A stretch of 64,000 nucleotides of DNA from Lama guanicoe. Its lineage: Eukaryota. Position 1 is the first letter of the stretch. Each line of letters starts with the position of its first letter. The notes beneath the pieces are model-generated. The model did no database searches. It was not told the origin of the DNA and saw only the letters and a program-made list of their open reading frames with translations. The stretch lies in NCBI GenBank assembly GCA_013239625.1, contig MU054526.1:620001-684000 (forward strand), in the 5' to 3' direction. Below are positions 1 through 11,362 of this stretch, piece by piece. The translations under genes were made by a program, and so were the position numbers.

Positions 1-1160
1 GGAGTTGCAGTTCAAGACCTTAGGCAGTCTGCTGGCAGAATTCCTTGTTTGAGTTCATCTTTATCCTGCAATTCTCAAACCAGGTGACTTTTTTGAGAAA
101 ATTAAAATTTAGAAAGGTTAACAGGCATCATAGAACAGGAAATCAAAAAAGATTTAGTTTTACAGCGAGAACTAAGAACATCACAGATGCGACTGGTCGT
201 ATTTTTAAAATCCAAATATGAACAAAATATTTAATGACAGAATTGATTAAGTCTGAAGCTTTGGTTCAGAAAGCTCATGACAGTCAAAATTTAGAGATTT
301 GAGAGGTTGAGAGAAGAATCTTAAACTATCTAAATGTGCCTATTTTTAGGTAATTTTGGACATACAGGTTTTAGATTCTTGTCAAGAAATAGGATGTCTA
401 GACCCTAGAAATGAACAAAATAGGAGCAGATGGAGGGACTTCGGTTTTCTCTGCTGGCATGTAAGAAGCTGGAAGTTGCCACTGCATCCTAACAGCAAGT
501 AAACATCCGAAGACACTGGAAAATCAACCAGTCTTGTTAAGGTCATGGGGCAGAGTACAGCCCCCTCGGATCAGAGTGAGCACCAGGAGAATACAGAGAA
601 TGAAGAAACCCAGGAGCCGAGTTGAGCCCTCCCCAGGAACCCCAGTGCTGGGTAGCAAAACCTAAGCTGTGTGTGCCTTGATTGGAGGCTACTGTCATGT
701 GGAAGATTTAGGGGGGGCTATGTAGAAGTTGTAATCCTATGTGATTAGTTATTGATGCGTATTTTTCTTTCTCCAGTTGGCCCTAGATTGGAAGTGTGGA
801 CAAATTTAGGGAAGCTGTCACTTACTAATGTTGTTTGTGCCAATCATGACACATGACAATAGGTTTTTGTTTGGCTTCCTGGCTGAAGATAGTAATCTGA
901 CTCCCTGGATTAGTTACTGTAGGTACTACGTTGGCAGTTTGGATAGGATGGCACAGATTGTGGCTTGAGTTTTGGTGTACGTTTGGTGTGACCATTGTCT
1001 ATCTGTATAGTCACTCCCACCTGAACGAGGAAGAAGGTACCCACAGTAGTGAGTGTTCTTGTTTACTTAACTGGTCATGTGTTGAACGTTAGTTTATCTT
1101 TCACTCATTTTCCATCTCCCATCCTACCACTTTGGCTTTGACAGATCTTCAGTTTGGCAG

Positions 1161-1256
1161 TTTTTTTTTTTTTCAGTGGAGGTACCAGGGATTGAACCCA
1201 GGACCTCATGCGTGCTAATAAGCATGTGCTCTACCACTGAGCTATTACCCTTCCCC
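1161..1256 (-). mobile_element. tRNA-Ala-derived camelid SINE
   Basis: Reverse complement of TAGCTCAGTGGTAGAGC...CCTGGGTTCAATCCC...ACCTCCA plus an A tail. Confidence 0.85.
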
Positions 1257-1377
1257 CAGTTTGCTTGTTTGTTTCATTGTTTTTAAATAGTGGATGTACC
1301 AAAAATTCAAACTGGAACAGTCTGACTTTCCCAAGGGTCCTGCTCTCATTGTGTCACAGCAGGTTTATTATTAAAAA

Positions 1378-1935
1378 AATTTTTTTTATTGAAATATATA
1401 GTCAGTTACAGTGTGTCAATTTGTGGTGTACAGCATAATGTCCTAGTCATGCATATATATATACATATATTCGTTTTCATATTTTTTTTCATTAAATGTT
1501 ATTATGAGTTATTGAATATGGTTCCCTGGGCTACACCTGAAGAAACTTGGTTTTTATGTATTTTTATATAAGTAGGTTATCATTTGCAAATCTCAAACTC
1601 CCAAATTTATCTCTTTCCATCTCCTTTCACCCAGTAACCATAAGATTGTATACTATGTCTGCGAGTCTGCTTCTGTTTTGTAGATGAGTTCGTTAGTGTC
1701 CTTTTTCTCTTTTTCTTTTTAGATTCCATATGTGAGTGATAGCATATGATATTTTTCTTTCTCTTTCTGGCTAACTGTGGTCTCCAGGTCCATCCCTGTT
1801 GCTGCAAATGGCATTATTTTATTCTTTTTTGTGGCTGAGTAGTATTTTATTGTATAAATATACCACAACCTCTTTGTCCAGTCATCTTTCAATGGATAGT
1901 TAGGTTGCTTCCATGTCTTGGCTATTGTATATAGT
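1378..1935 (-). mobile_element. L1 3' end (artiodactyl type)
   Basis: T-run followed by TTGAAATATATAGTCAGTTACAG...GTTGCTTCCATGTCTTGGCTATTGT. Confidence 0.85.
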
Positions 1936-4029
1936 GCATTGCAGGTTTATTTGGGGACATAGACTTGCCATTATATTCCTCGGAGAATCCCCCAGATTTC
2001 AGACATAGTGCTCCAGGCTTCCCAGTGAGAGGAGCTACTCAATGTTCTCTTGGTAATAAAGTGTGATCATCATCACCCAGGCAGTGGAGCGTTTCCCTTT
2101 TTGCTTACGTGGCAGAGGAAGCCCAAAATGACCAAGTAGCTGTCTCAAGTTCCAGTTCAGGTTTAATAATATTACTCTTCTCCTGGAGGTTTTCTCCCTT
2201 AAGAACAAAGGCCTCCCAGCAAGCAGAACTTACTGTTGAGGAGATGAGCAGCAGAAATTATTTGAGTAGGTTTTTAGGTGTAATGTGGAAATGTAGGCTT
2301 GCCAGATTTAGTAAGTAATATCTGGCCCAGTAAAATATGATTATTTTTCTAACTCCTTGTGCATATATACACTGAAATAAAAGAAAAATATTGCATGGGA
2401 CATGCTTATTATAAAATTCATTTGTGTATCTGAAGACAATATACTTGAGTTTCATACTTTTTTCTTTAATTACATTTCCCTGGTAATTTGCATCTCCTTT
2501 ACAGTTTCTTGTTTTGCAGGATTTGTTTATAAAATTCCTTGTAGTTATGCTCTATATTCCATTTAGTTTGTTTCATAGCTTCCAGGGTAGTCTCATCCAC
2601 CTTAGTTCATTCCTTTACCCATTGAACATTCTTTACTGAGATATAGGCTTAAAAGTGGCACTGTGAGCTGAGGGCAGATGGTGATGTCCAGTGTGGAAGA
2701 CCATTACAATTTCCCCTTTGATTTTTTAAAAATCTTTTTAATTCACAGTCCTCTGAATAACAATCTTATTTTTATCGTCTTCTTTGCTAGTAGTGGGAAA
2801 CTTACATCTCTTAATGCTTGTTATTACATGCTGGCTTATAGTTGAGTGCCCATCATTTCCAATACTGATTGTACAATTGCATTGTGTTAAGTTTTCGTAA
2901 AGCATTGCAAAAAGCTGACTATGGGAGTTTAAAGGCGTCCTGACAAATCAGCACAGGAACCGGGACAAAAATCATTAAATAAAGGAAGTTTCCTGTATAC
3001 ATGGAACAGCTGGCCACGTAATTCCTGATGTGTTTCATAAACCTGCCACTGTGTCTGAGACCCAGGAGGGGCTTATTGAAGATTCGTTAGAGCGGTAAAT
3101 ACACATGACAGCCTGGCTCCCCTATTCATTTTTACATTTCCAGTAAGTTTTTCAAAGTGGCATCTCGACCTATCCCTCCAAGTTGTTAGAGCCCAATGTT
3201 TTCCAGTTTGAAAAGGAATCACAGTTTGTAGGTGAAACTGTGAGTGTGGCCAAAGTTTCAGCACAGTCAGGTTCAGCTTCATTTCTCTGGCTTTTCAGAC
3301 TTCACCATCTCTCGCTCAAATTTCACTGAGCTCTTAACTTTATTACACCGTAATATGTTTCTCTAGAACTATTTTTGCCAATTTTGTTGAGTAAGTACAT
3401 AATAAGTTTTTGTAGAAGCCATTTCATAAATATTTTTCAGAGATAATTTAAACTCCTTGCACATTCACTGTTATTACAATTTCGGGTGAATTGATAAATC
3501 AGTTCCCATCGAGGAGATGAGATCATGGAATCCCAAACATTTGTTTCCCAGAAAAGTGCCTCCTTTGCAAGCGTAGGCTTCGATGGTTAGAAGCCCACAC
3601 GCTATCTTGGCAGGAAGTGGTGTGATAATTGGTTCCCCTTTACAGTAAGTTTCAGATCCTTAAAAGAAATGGAAGATAACTCAGAGAGTAATAAATATTA
3701 TCTTAATAAAAGTGTTTCTCGCCAGGTTGGAACACAATCACTGATCATCTCTCCAGCTCTCCTTCTTGCCCCGCCTGGCGTCTTTTCTTGCGTATTGGAG
3801 ATCATGAAACAGCCTCCAAAACATCAGTCGACATCTATTCGACAAGCAACAAGATAGCTGACAGCTATGAGTTGACGTAAAGCGTGTCCCTTCGAGTGTG
3901 TAGATTTGGGAAATTGCTGTGCTTCATACGGTCTGAAATCACAGGTCCCTAACCTTTCTGGGCTTTTCCAAGACTGCTCTCAAAGTCTGGGTGTGTCCCC
4001 TTTATGAGTAAGCCCCATCCTTAGAGCCA

Positions 4030-4770
4030 GCGATCGCCCCGCGCCCCTGACAGAGCCCCTAGGCCTTCCTTGAGTGAGTTCCGCTCTGACCGCTGGTAGG
4101 TGTGGCGGCAGCAGAAACTACATTACCCAGAAGTCACTACGGTGCTCGGCGGAGACTGAGCCAATGAAGGGGAAGGACGTATACGTGCGTGCGCATCGAG
4201 TGAGGGCGGGACTTCCGGCGTTGTTTCTTGCTGTCTTTTGTTTGCTGTCGCGCCGTTCACCCCTTCGCTGCCTCAGCGTCGGTTGCTGGGACCTGAGGGG
4301 ACGGAACGGAAAAGCGGGAGGAAAGACGTTGTTGCCATTGCTCAGCGGCGGCGTGAGTGACGGCGGTGCCCTCGTTCCCGCCCCACTCCCCGCCTCTCCG
4401 GGCCCCTCTCTCCTACCGGCCGGTGGCCGAGGCCGCGCCGATGAGCCCCGCTCAGGTGGGTGCTGCGTCCCCGGGCCCCACCCGGCCGACCCCCACCCCC
4501 GAGTCCAGGTCAGGACGGAGGGGCGCCCGCTCAGTTCCTGCCGGTCACGCCCGTGTCCAGAGCAGAGGGCGGCCCTGGAGGGGTCGCCCTTCCAGCGGAA
4601 GGGGTGCGGGAGGGAGCTCCCCCGGGGCCGCCTGTGCGAGGCTCGCGGGTGCTACGCGGTGGGCAGCGCCGGGGACCGGGGAGGGGAGGAGGTGTCTCCC
4701 CTGAAACGGCCGCCTGAGCAGCGGGAATCCGTGGGAGGTTGGGGAGTCGGGTTGGGAGACGCCGCTATAT
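4030..4770 (+). promoter_or_regulatory. CpG-island promoter and first exon of gene A (ZNF17-like)
   Basis: CpG-dense. Contains a ZNF143/SBS-like ACTACATTACCCAGAAG (4117-4133), CCAAT (4161-4165) and a fused GC-box/ETS site GGGCGGGACTTCCGG (4204-4218), a typical KZNF promoter module. Confidence 0.85.
4441..4455 (+). CDS. ZNF17: Gene A coding exon 1 (MSPAQ)
   Basis: ATGAGCCCCGCTCAG|GTGGGT is a phase-0 donor matching the phase-0 KRAB-A exon. The 'xPAQ' first exon is typical of this subfamily. Confidence 0.7.
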
Positions 4771-5743
4771 TGTGATTTAGGAGGAATGCAGATTTGGTAT
4801 TCCGATGACCGAAATGTATTTCTCATGTGTCTTTGGTCTTGGTCCACAGTTCCAGTCTCACAACTCCCACAAGTCTTCGAATTTCCGAAGTGTTGAGAGT
4901 GATGGTATCTTTTGTTATGCGAATGAGGTGACTTTCGGAAGCACCTAAGGATGGAGGCTGGTTATCAGTAGAACCAACCTTATGATTAGAGGGTTGGCAC
5001 TGTCAGTCCCCGCACCCGCCTCCCACCTTTCAAGAAGGGAAGAGTGGTTGGACGTGGAACCTGGCCCTAATAGCCAAGTATTGAATCAGTCATATCTGTG
5101 TAATCGAGCCACTGTAAAAACCCAAAAGGACAGGGTTCAGAGAGCTTCCAGGTTGGTGAAGACATGGAGGCGCTGGAAGGGCGACACACTCAGAGAGCAT
5201 GGAAGCTCCTGTGCACCTCTTCTGTCTGGCTGTTCTTGAGTTATGCCTTTTTGTTTGTTTGTTTTTAATAGAGGTACTGGGGATTGAACCCAGGACTTCA
5301 TGCATGCTAAGCCTGTGCTGTACCACTGAGCTACACCCTCCCCCTTAAGTTACGTGTGTGTATGCCTTTTTATAATAAACTAGTAATCTGGTAAGTAAAC
5401 TGTACTTTTCAGGTCTGTGATCCACTCTAGCAGTTTATTTGAACCCAAGGAGAGGGGCTTGGGATTGTCTGATATAGGCTGCCAGTCAGAAGCAGGTGTA
5501 AGGACCTGGGCTTGAGACTGAGATCTAAAGTGCTGGAGGGGGAACAGTTGTGTAGGACTGAACCTTTATTCTATGGAATCTGATGCTAGTTCCCGGTAGG
5601 TAGTGTCAGAATTGAGTTTAATTCTTCAGCACCCTGCTCCTGTCTGAAGATTGCTTGGTGTTGTGTGGGAACCACCCCCTCCTCTTCCCCACCCTCCGTT
5701 GCACACACGTGTTGGAATTGGGTCCAGGAACCTAATTTAGGGG
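4771..5743 (+). mobile_element. MER21-like ERVL LTR in gene A intron 1, interrupted by a SINE
   Basis: TTGTTATGCGAATGAGGTGACT...ATGATTAGAGGGTTGG...CAGAGAGCTTCCAGGTTGGTGAA are MER21 hallmarks. Possible 5-bp TSD TATAT (4766-4770 / 5744-5748). Confidence 0.65.
5247..5344 (-). mobile_element. tRNA-Ala-derived camelid SINE
   Basis: A/B boxes and A-rich tail on the minus strand. Confidence 0.85.
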
Positions 5744-7275
5744 TATATCCAGATTTGAAGTTTAAAGTTGTTAAAAAGTGGATGGGATATTGTGGCAGGG
5801 AGACTGGTTTGGAGAACATGGCAACAGACTCCAGGAGGATTCTGGTAGGGGCTGGACCAGAGTAGCAGCAGTAGAGGAGAGACATGACAAGAGTTTGGAT
5901 CGATCGTAAAAATAGAATTGACAGGATTTCCTGCTGCATCAGATACAGCTGTGAGCAAAAGTAAGGAATGAAAGAGCATCCCAATTGTTTTTACTTGAAC
6001 ATTGAAGGAGTGGAGATGAGGAATCAGTGCAGTGAACAGGATTCAGAGAGAAGATCATGAGTTGTGTTTGGACATAGTTATTCTGAGATGTCTCAAGTTG
6101 GAGATGTCAGAAGTTGGAGACATTTCATGGGTAGGTGGACGTAATGGTCTGGAGACCTGGGAAGGTCTCAGGTCTGGAGCTTTCAATAGGGTGCAGGTAG
6201 TGGACTGGACCAGGTCTTAGCCTAGAGGTCTGATTGAAGAAAGGGAGTCTTCAGGTTGTTATTTCAGATGGGCTCTGTGGTGAGGTGTGGGAAGCCTGAG
6301 CCCGGAGGGTGGGGCACGTGGGTATGCATCCCTGACGCTCCTCCAGAGAGGAGCAGTCCTGCTGCAAGATGAATTCTGGCTTGTGTTTGTAGGAAGGTAG
6401 ATGTACATGGGGTGAGGAGCTGACCTGGGATGGAGGCTGAGTTGTGAGTTGGTGTAGATTCTTCCCATTGAAGGCATAGCAGGCCCTCAAGACCACAGTC
6501 TGTAGCACAAGGCAGAGGTCAGCTGGGTTGGTGGAGCAGCTCAGTCCCAGATCAGGGCACTGCCTCGCCTCCTCCGGCCCTCAGAGCAAGAGGGACAGTC
6601 CTCTGTCTGGCCAAGGGCTCTCTGCATGCTCCTCCTGCAGAGAATTATGTTGTAGGCAGGCTTGAAAGGACTTGTAGATGACCTGCCTGCTCCGTTCCTC
6701 CCTGCAACTCATTAACTTAAGCACCCATGAAACAGTTACTGACTTAAACATTAATAAACTAGTATCCCTCTAAATACGTACACATAGGCAGGCAATAGAA
6801 ATTAACATGTTGAGTTAGTTAAATCTATCCAAACACAATAATTGGTGTGAATATTAATATGCCTTTAAGTATTTGCTTATGATGTAAAATTTTATATATC
6901 ACATCCTCTTAAAATCTTCAAAACAGTAAAAATATACAGCCCAAATTTCAAAACCCTCCCAGTTCTTGTGTCCTGAAAACAGACACAAAACCATTGACTC
7001 TGTGGGCAGAACTCTTGACACATAGTGTGCACTACTTATGTTTGCTATCAGCATCAGCCCTGTGAGTTGAAACCATTCTTATTCCCATTTTACAGGTGTG
7101 GACACTGAGGCCCAGGGAGAGTCCATCTTTCAGTCACACAGCAAGTAAGAGTCAGCAATTTAGACCATCAGGCTGAAATCCCTTTGCTCCAGGGCAAGGT
7201 GGGGTTGGTGGTCCAGCTCAGGTTGTAGTATCTTACCATGGTTGCCCATTTCTTATGGCTTCCCTCTTCCCACAG

Positions 7276-7315
7276 GGTCCCCTAGTGGTGGTAGAAGTGC
7301 TAATGACCTACACAG
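7276..7315 (+). pseudogene. Decayed copy of the subfamily's small exon 2 in gene A
   Basis: CCCACAG|GGTCCCCTAGTG...CACAG|ATGAA is homologous to the intact 42-nt exon at 46808-46849. The donor GT has become AT and the length is 40 nt. Confidence 0.6.
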
Positions 7316-7499
7316 ATGAACAGATTGTGTCCCAGCTTCTCAGCCACCCCAGTGGTCGCCCTGATGGTTTAGGCACCCCCGTATGTGGAGTGGGGGCCTT
7401 CTGAGACTCTGCACCTGTGCTCCTTCTTGAAGACTCTGAGGTTCCACAAAGAGCCTGGGGTCCTGAACTCAGTCCTGTCTTGTATGGATCAGTTTCATT

Positions 7500-7620
7500 T
7501 CTCTTTTTTTTTCTCTTCTTCTTCTTCTTCTTTTTTTTTTTTTTACTGGAAACAGTGAGTATTGAACCCAGAACCTCACGCTTGCGCTCTACCACTGAGC
7601 TATACACACACACCCCCTCC
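7500..7620 (-). mobile_element. tRNA-derived SINE with (GAA)n/poly-A tail
   Basis: ATTGAACCCAGAACC...CTCTACCACTGAGCTATAC preceded by (TTC)n/T run. Confidence 0.75.
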
Positions 7621-8860
7621 ATTTCTGACACCCGACAGGGTGAGATGTGGCATGCATGCTGGTTCTAGTGCCTGCAGGTGACTCTTTACAGGGCCAGTTA
7701 GGAACCGGCAGATTCCTGTTACGTGTGATGGAGCAGGGAGCAGGGTGGCCGGCCAGCAGGGTGGGAGGTCAGGCGTGCAGGGATCAGGCCTAGAACGACA
7801 GCCTTAGTTCTGGGCCTCTAACCTGAGGACAGTGGGAACTAGGAAAGGTTTGAAACAGAGGAGGGAGGTGATTTGGCCCTGATTGTAACAGGCTCCTTGT
7901 GGCTGTGGAGTAGAGGATAGATTGTAGGGGTGAAGGAGAAGTTAGGATGACCTGTGAGCAAGTTACTGCCTCCGTGCAGGGGAGCACCGATGCTCCCTGG
8001 ACAGGAGTGGTGGCTGTGCAGGGCGGTGAGTGGTTGGCTCTGGGTCGTGTTCTGCACAGAGCTGCACGCATTTTCTGATACAGAAAGTGAAGGAGATGGA
8101 GAGATGAGTTGCAAGGGCGGAGTCAGGACAGTCCTGAGGCTTTTGGCCTCGCTGGGAAGAACGAATGGATATTCCATCAGTTAAGATGTGGAAAGTCAGC
8201 GGTAGGAGGGATTTTCACAGAGGATATCAGGAATCAAATTTTGGCCACATCACAAATGTTCCAGAGACTCTGAGTGGACATGTGCAGTCAGCAGGTTGGA
8301 TCCATGGGTCTGGAGTCAAGTGGAGGCATTCAGGTTGGAGACAGCCACAATATGGGGGCCAGTGTGTGGACCCCAATAAAGCTGTGGGTCAGACTTCAGA
8401 AGGGCCTCTTTATGATACGATAGTGGTACCATTTGGGGCAGGGTAGGGAAGGAGGGGCCAAACCTGCATCTCACTTGGGCATGTGAGTTGGGGGGAGGTC
8501 ACAGATGACAGTGAGGAGCCAGAGTGGCTGTAGGTGTACCTCACTGGGGGAGTGTAGGGTCATGAAGCCTTCTGAGGGGACAATGGATGTGAGATGGATG
8601 CTGAGTTATCTCCAGGAAGAAAGTCAGATGTCAGTGAGGTCAGGGCAGGGTTTATTAACCTGCTATGGATTCAGGAAGGTTTTGAGGTGACCTTCTCTGA
8701 ATTGTTTTATTCAGACTGGTCTGTTAGTTAAGGGGGAAACTAGCTAGAAGTGTTGATAGTCTGCAGCTTTGAATGAGGCTAGGTGGAGAGAGGAAATCAA
8801 GTCCACTTTTGAGACAATATGGGCGTAGGGCAGAAATGAGCAAGTGCCAAGCACTGTGAG

Positions 8861-8978
8861 ATAGAGCATATGCTTAGCATGCACAGGGTCCTGGATTCAA
8901 TCCCCAGTACCTCCTCTAAAAATGAATGAATGAATAAACATACCCCCAAAAAAATTTTTAAAAAAAGAAAGAAAAAGA
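8861..8978 (+). mobile_element. 5'-truncated tRNA-Ala-derived SINE
   Basis: TAGAGCATATGCTTAGCATGCACAGGGTCCTGGATTCAATCCCCAGTACCTCC plus A-rich tail. Confidence 0.8.
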
Positions 8979-10042
8979 AATGGTCCAGTGGGGAGACCTT
9001 CTGATGAGGACTGAGTGCTCTCTGGCACTAGGGCACTTTGGCATTCTGGGGCAAGACTGGGCTGATCGAGGTGCTGGTTGCCTTTGTCATGTGCTGCTTG
9101 AATTCCACATGCAGACCAGTATGTCCGAAGGGGTGGGCCTGGGGCTTTCAGTGGAGTCACCAGAGTCATGAGGGAAATGAGTCCAGAGTGCTGTACAGGT
9201 GAGGAAGGTGCGTGGTCACCCCCAGGTGTAACACTGCGCACTGGAGGTAGAGCGAAGAGACTGGGTCTGGGTGTCTGGGAGGTGAGATCCGAGGGGAATT
9301 ACCTGACAGCCGGAGGTGGAGCCCCCCTGCCAGGCCAGGGCCTATCTGGTGCTGTTCTGCTGCCTCCTCTGCCGGTTTGTACCGCGTGCTGGATGCAGCA
9401 ATCAGTGGGCGTGGGAGAGCCGGCAGCAGCGCTGCCAGGACATGGTAACTGTCCCACACGGGAAGTTGGGAGGAGGGTGAGGAGGGTAGGCACGTGTGGG
9501 GGAAATTATTGATGATCCTGAGGAGTAAGTGTGCGAACCATCATACCCACCAGATTTTAGCTTATGGACGTAAACGAGTAAGTGAGGCCACGGAGAGGTC
9601 GATGTTGTTGAAAAAACTTTTTAGTACTTACATTTCCCACGTGTACAATGAACATGAGGCCACCTTGGGCTGTGTTGGGAAGCCCCAGATTTGTTCAGGA
9701 GTCAGAAGGAGGAGCAAGGGGAAACCTAGCCCAGAGCCTTTTTTGGGATTTTCCCTGGAAAAAGTGTGGAGAGTAAGATGAAGAGCTTAGGATTTACTGG
9801 TTTGACTAATTCTGGTGGGTTTTCCAGCTGAGCCGTCCCTTGCTGTCTGGTACCTGGCTCTGGGCTGACTTGGTGCATGAGCGTGGGGTGAGGAGGTGGC
9901 TCAGACAGCGGGCTCTGAATCATGGGGGAGAGATAAACATACTTGGCGGCTCATCTGGCCCTGTAATTCATGGATGGCAAGTACACAGAGCAGGCTGAAG
10001 GGGTACAGCCCAAGGAGCTGCTTGTGGACTGACCTGTCCTGA

Positions 10043-10204
<162 letters not shown>

Positions 10205-10683
10205 TGAGTGGGGATCTGTTCTTCTCCTTTTCCCGGGGGCACCCCCGACCTCCCCATGCTGAGACCGGGGGCCTTGCTTCCTGTCTGGTTTCCTGCATGT
10301 GTGCGGTTGGTGCCAGGGCCGGGCTGGGTGCACTGCACGCCTTCCCTCCAAGCAGCCCTGTCCCTGCTGCCCTGAGACTTTGTAAGACAGGGCTCAGGGT
10401 CAGAAATCTTGGGGTTTGTCTAAAAGATCCCACCAGCCCTGCTTGTCCCCAGTGGGGTGACCCTGTCCAGAGGCATGGAACCTCAGCGTCCCAGGCTTCC
10501 CCTGCCTTTTGCTGACAGACTTTGGTGCCTGCCTGTGCCGGGACATTCAGACACTGACCTGGTCACTGCTTGTGGGGACCGCGGGGTTCTTTCTTCAGAG
10601 ACCCTCCTTTGATGTTCTTGTGATTTTAGAATGTGGGGCTTCACAAGGTGGGTCCCACTCCCTTGCCCTGTCTTTCTCCTTAG

Positions 10684-10787
10684 ACTGGCCTCTTCAGGCC
10701 CAGGTGGTTGCTCACCATGAGCAGTACCAGGGCCCCGGGCGCCCGACAGGGTGGCTGTTGTTTGCAACATCAGGAGACTGTGGCCCT
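10684..10787 (+). pseudogene. Decayed KRAB-B-type exon remnant in gene A intron
   Basis: TTCTCCTTAG| acceptor followed by sequence resembling the KRAB-B exon (...CCCAGGTGGTTGCTCAC...GCGCCCGACAGGGTGG...GGCCCTG), with no canonical donor at the expected site. Confidence 0.5.
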
Positions 10788-11362
10788 GGCAGGTGGGAGT
10801 TGGGAAGCAGTGAGATACCAGAGCTGGGTTCCAATTACTGGGCACTCATCCTATGTCACCAGTGTGTGGTGACAGAGACGGAGGCCACACCTCACTTCTA
10901 CCTTTTCTTTCCTGCTGATATTCCTACTCTTAGCCTCTGGCCCTGGTTCTTACCCCTTCCCTCCCATGGCTCCCTCTGCAGTGCTCTCAGCATTTGATTT
11001 ACACTTAAAGTGTTGTGGCACCTGCATGTGTCCTTAAACACACCTCATACCCTGGCTCCTGTGTTGCACTCAGATATTGTGGGCCTGGACACAACCTTCT
11101 ACTCATTGCTCACTGGTCACCAGCAACCAGGCCTGGTTGAGAGCCATTTACAGAGGAGGAAGTTGTAGACCCTGCCCCCCTTCCTCATGTCCTTATTCGT
11201 CACCTGGGCTCTTCTGTCATGTGAGCTTCCCAAACTCAGCTCCGCAGAGCAGGCCTTCCGTGCATGGGCTCTGGGCCGGGGTGTCAGCCTTCACAGGGCC
11301 TTGCAGGTGGGTGTGTCTGATGCACATTTCTGACAAGGCTGCCTCGATCTCTCTCCTTACAG

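Noticed and set aside
4074-4847. Pro/Gly/Arg-rich ORFs in CpG islands (also 23.4-24.0, 31.3-32.4 and 44.2-45.5 kb)
   Set aside because: GC-rich sequence lacks stop codons; their mutual similarity reflects the duplicated non-coding cassette.
11077-11362. N-terminal part of the 589-aa ORF
   Set aside because: Intronic; the real exon starts at the AG acceptor before 11363.
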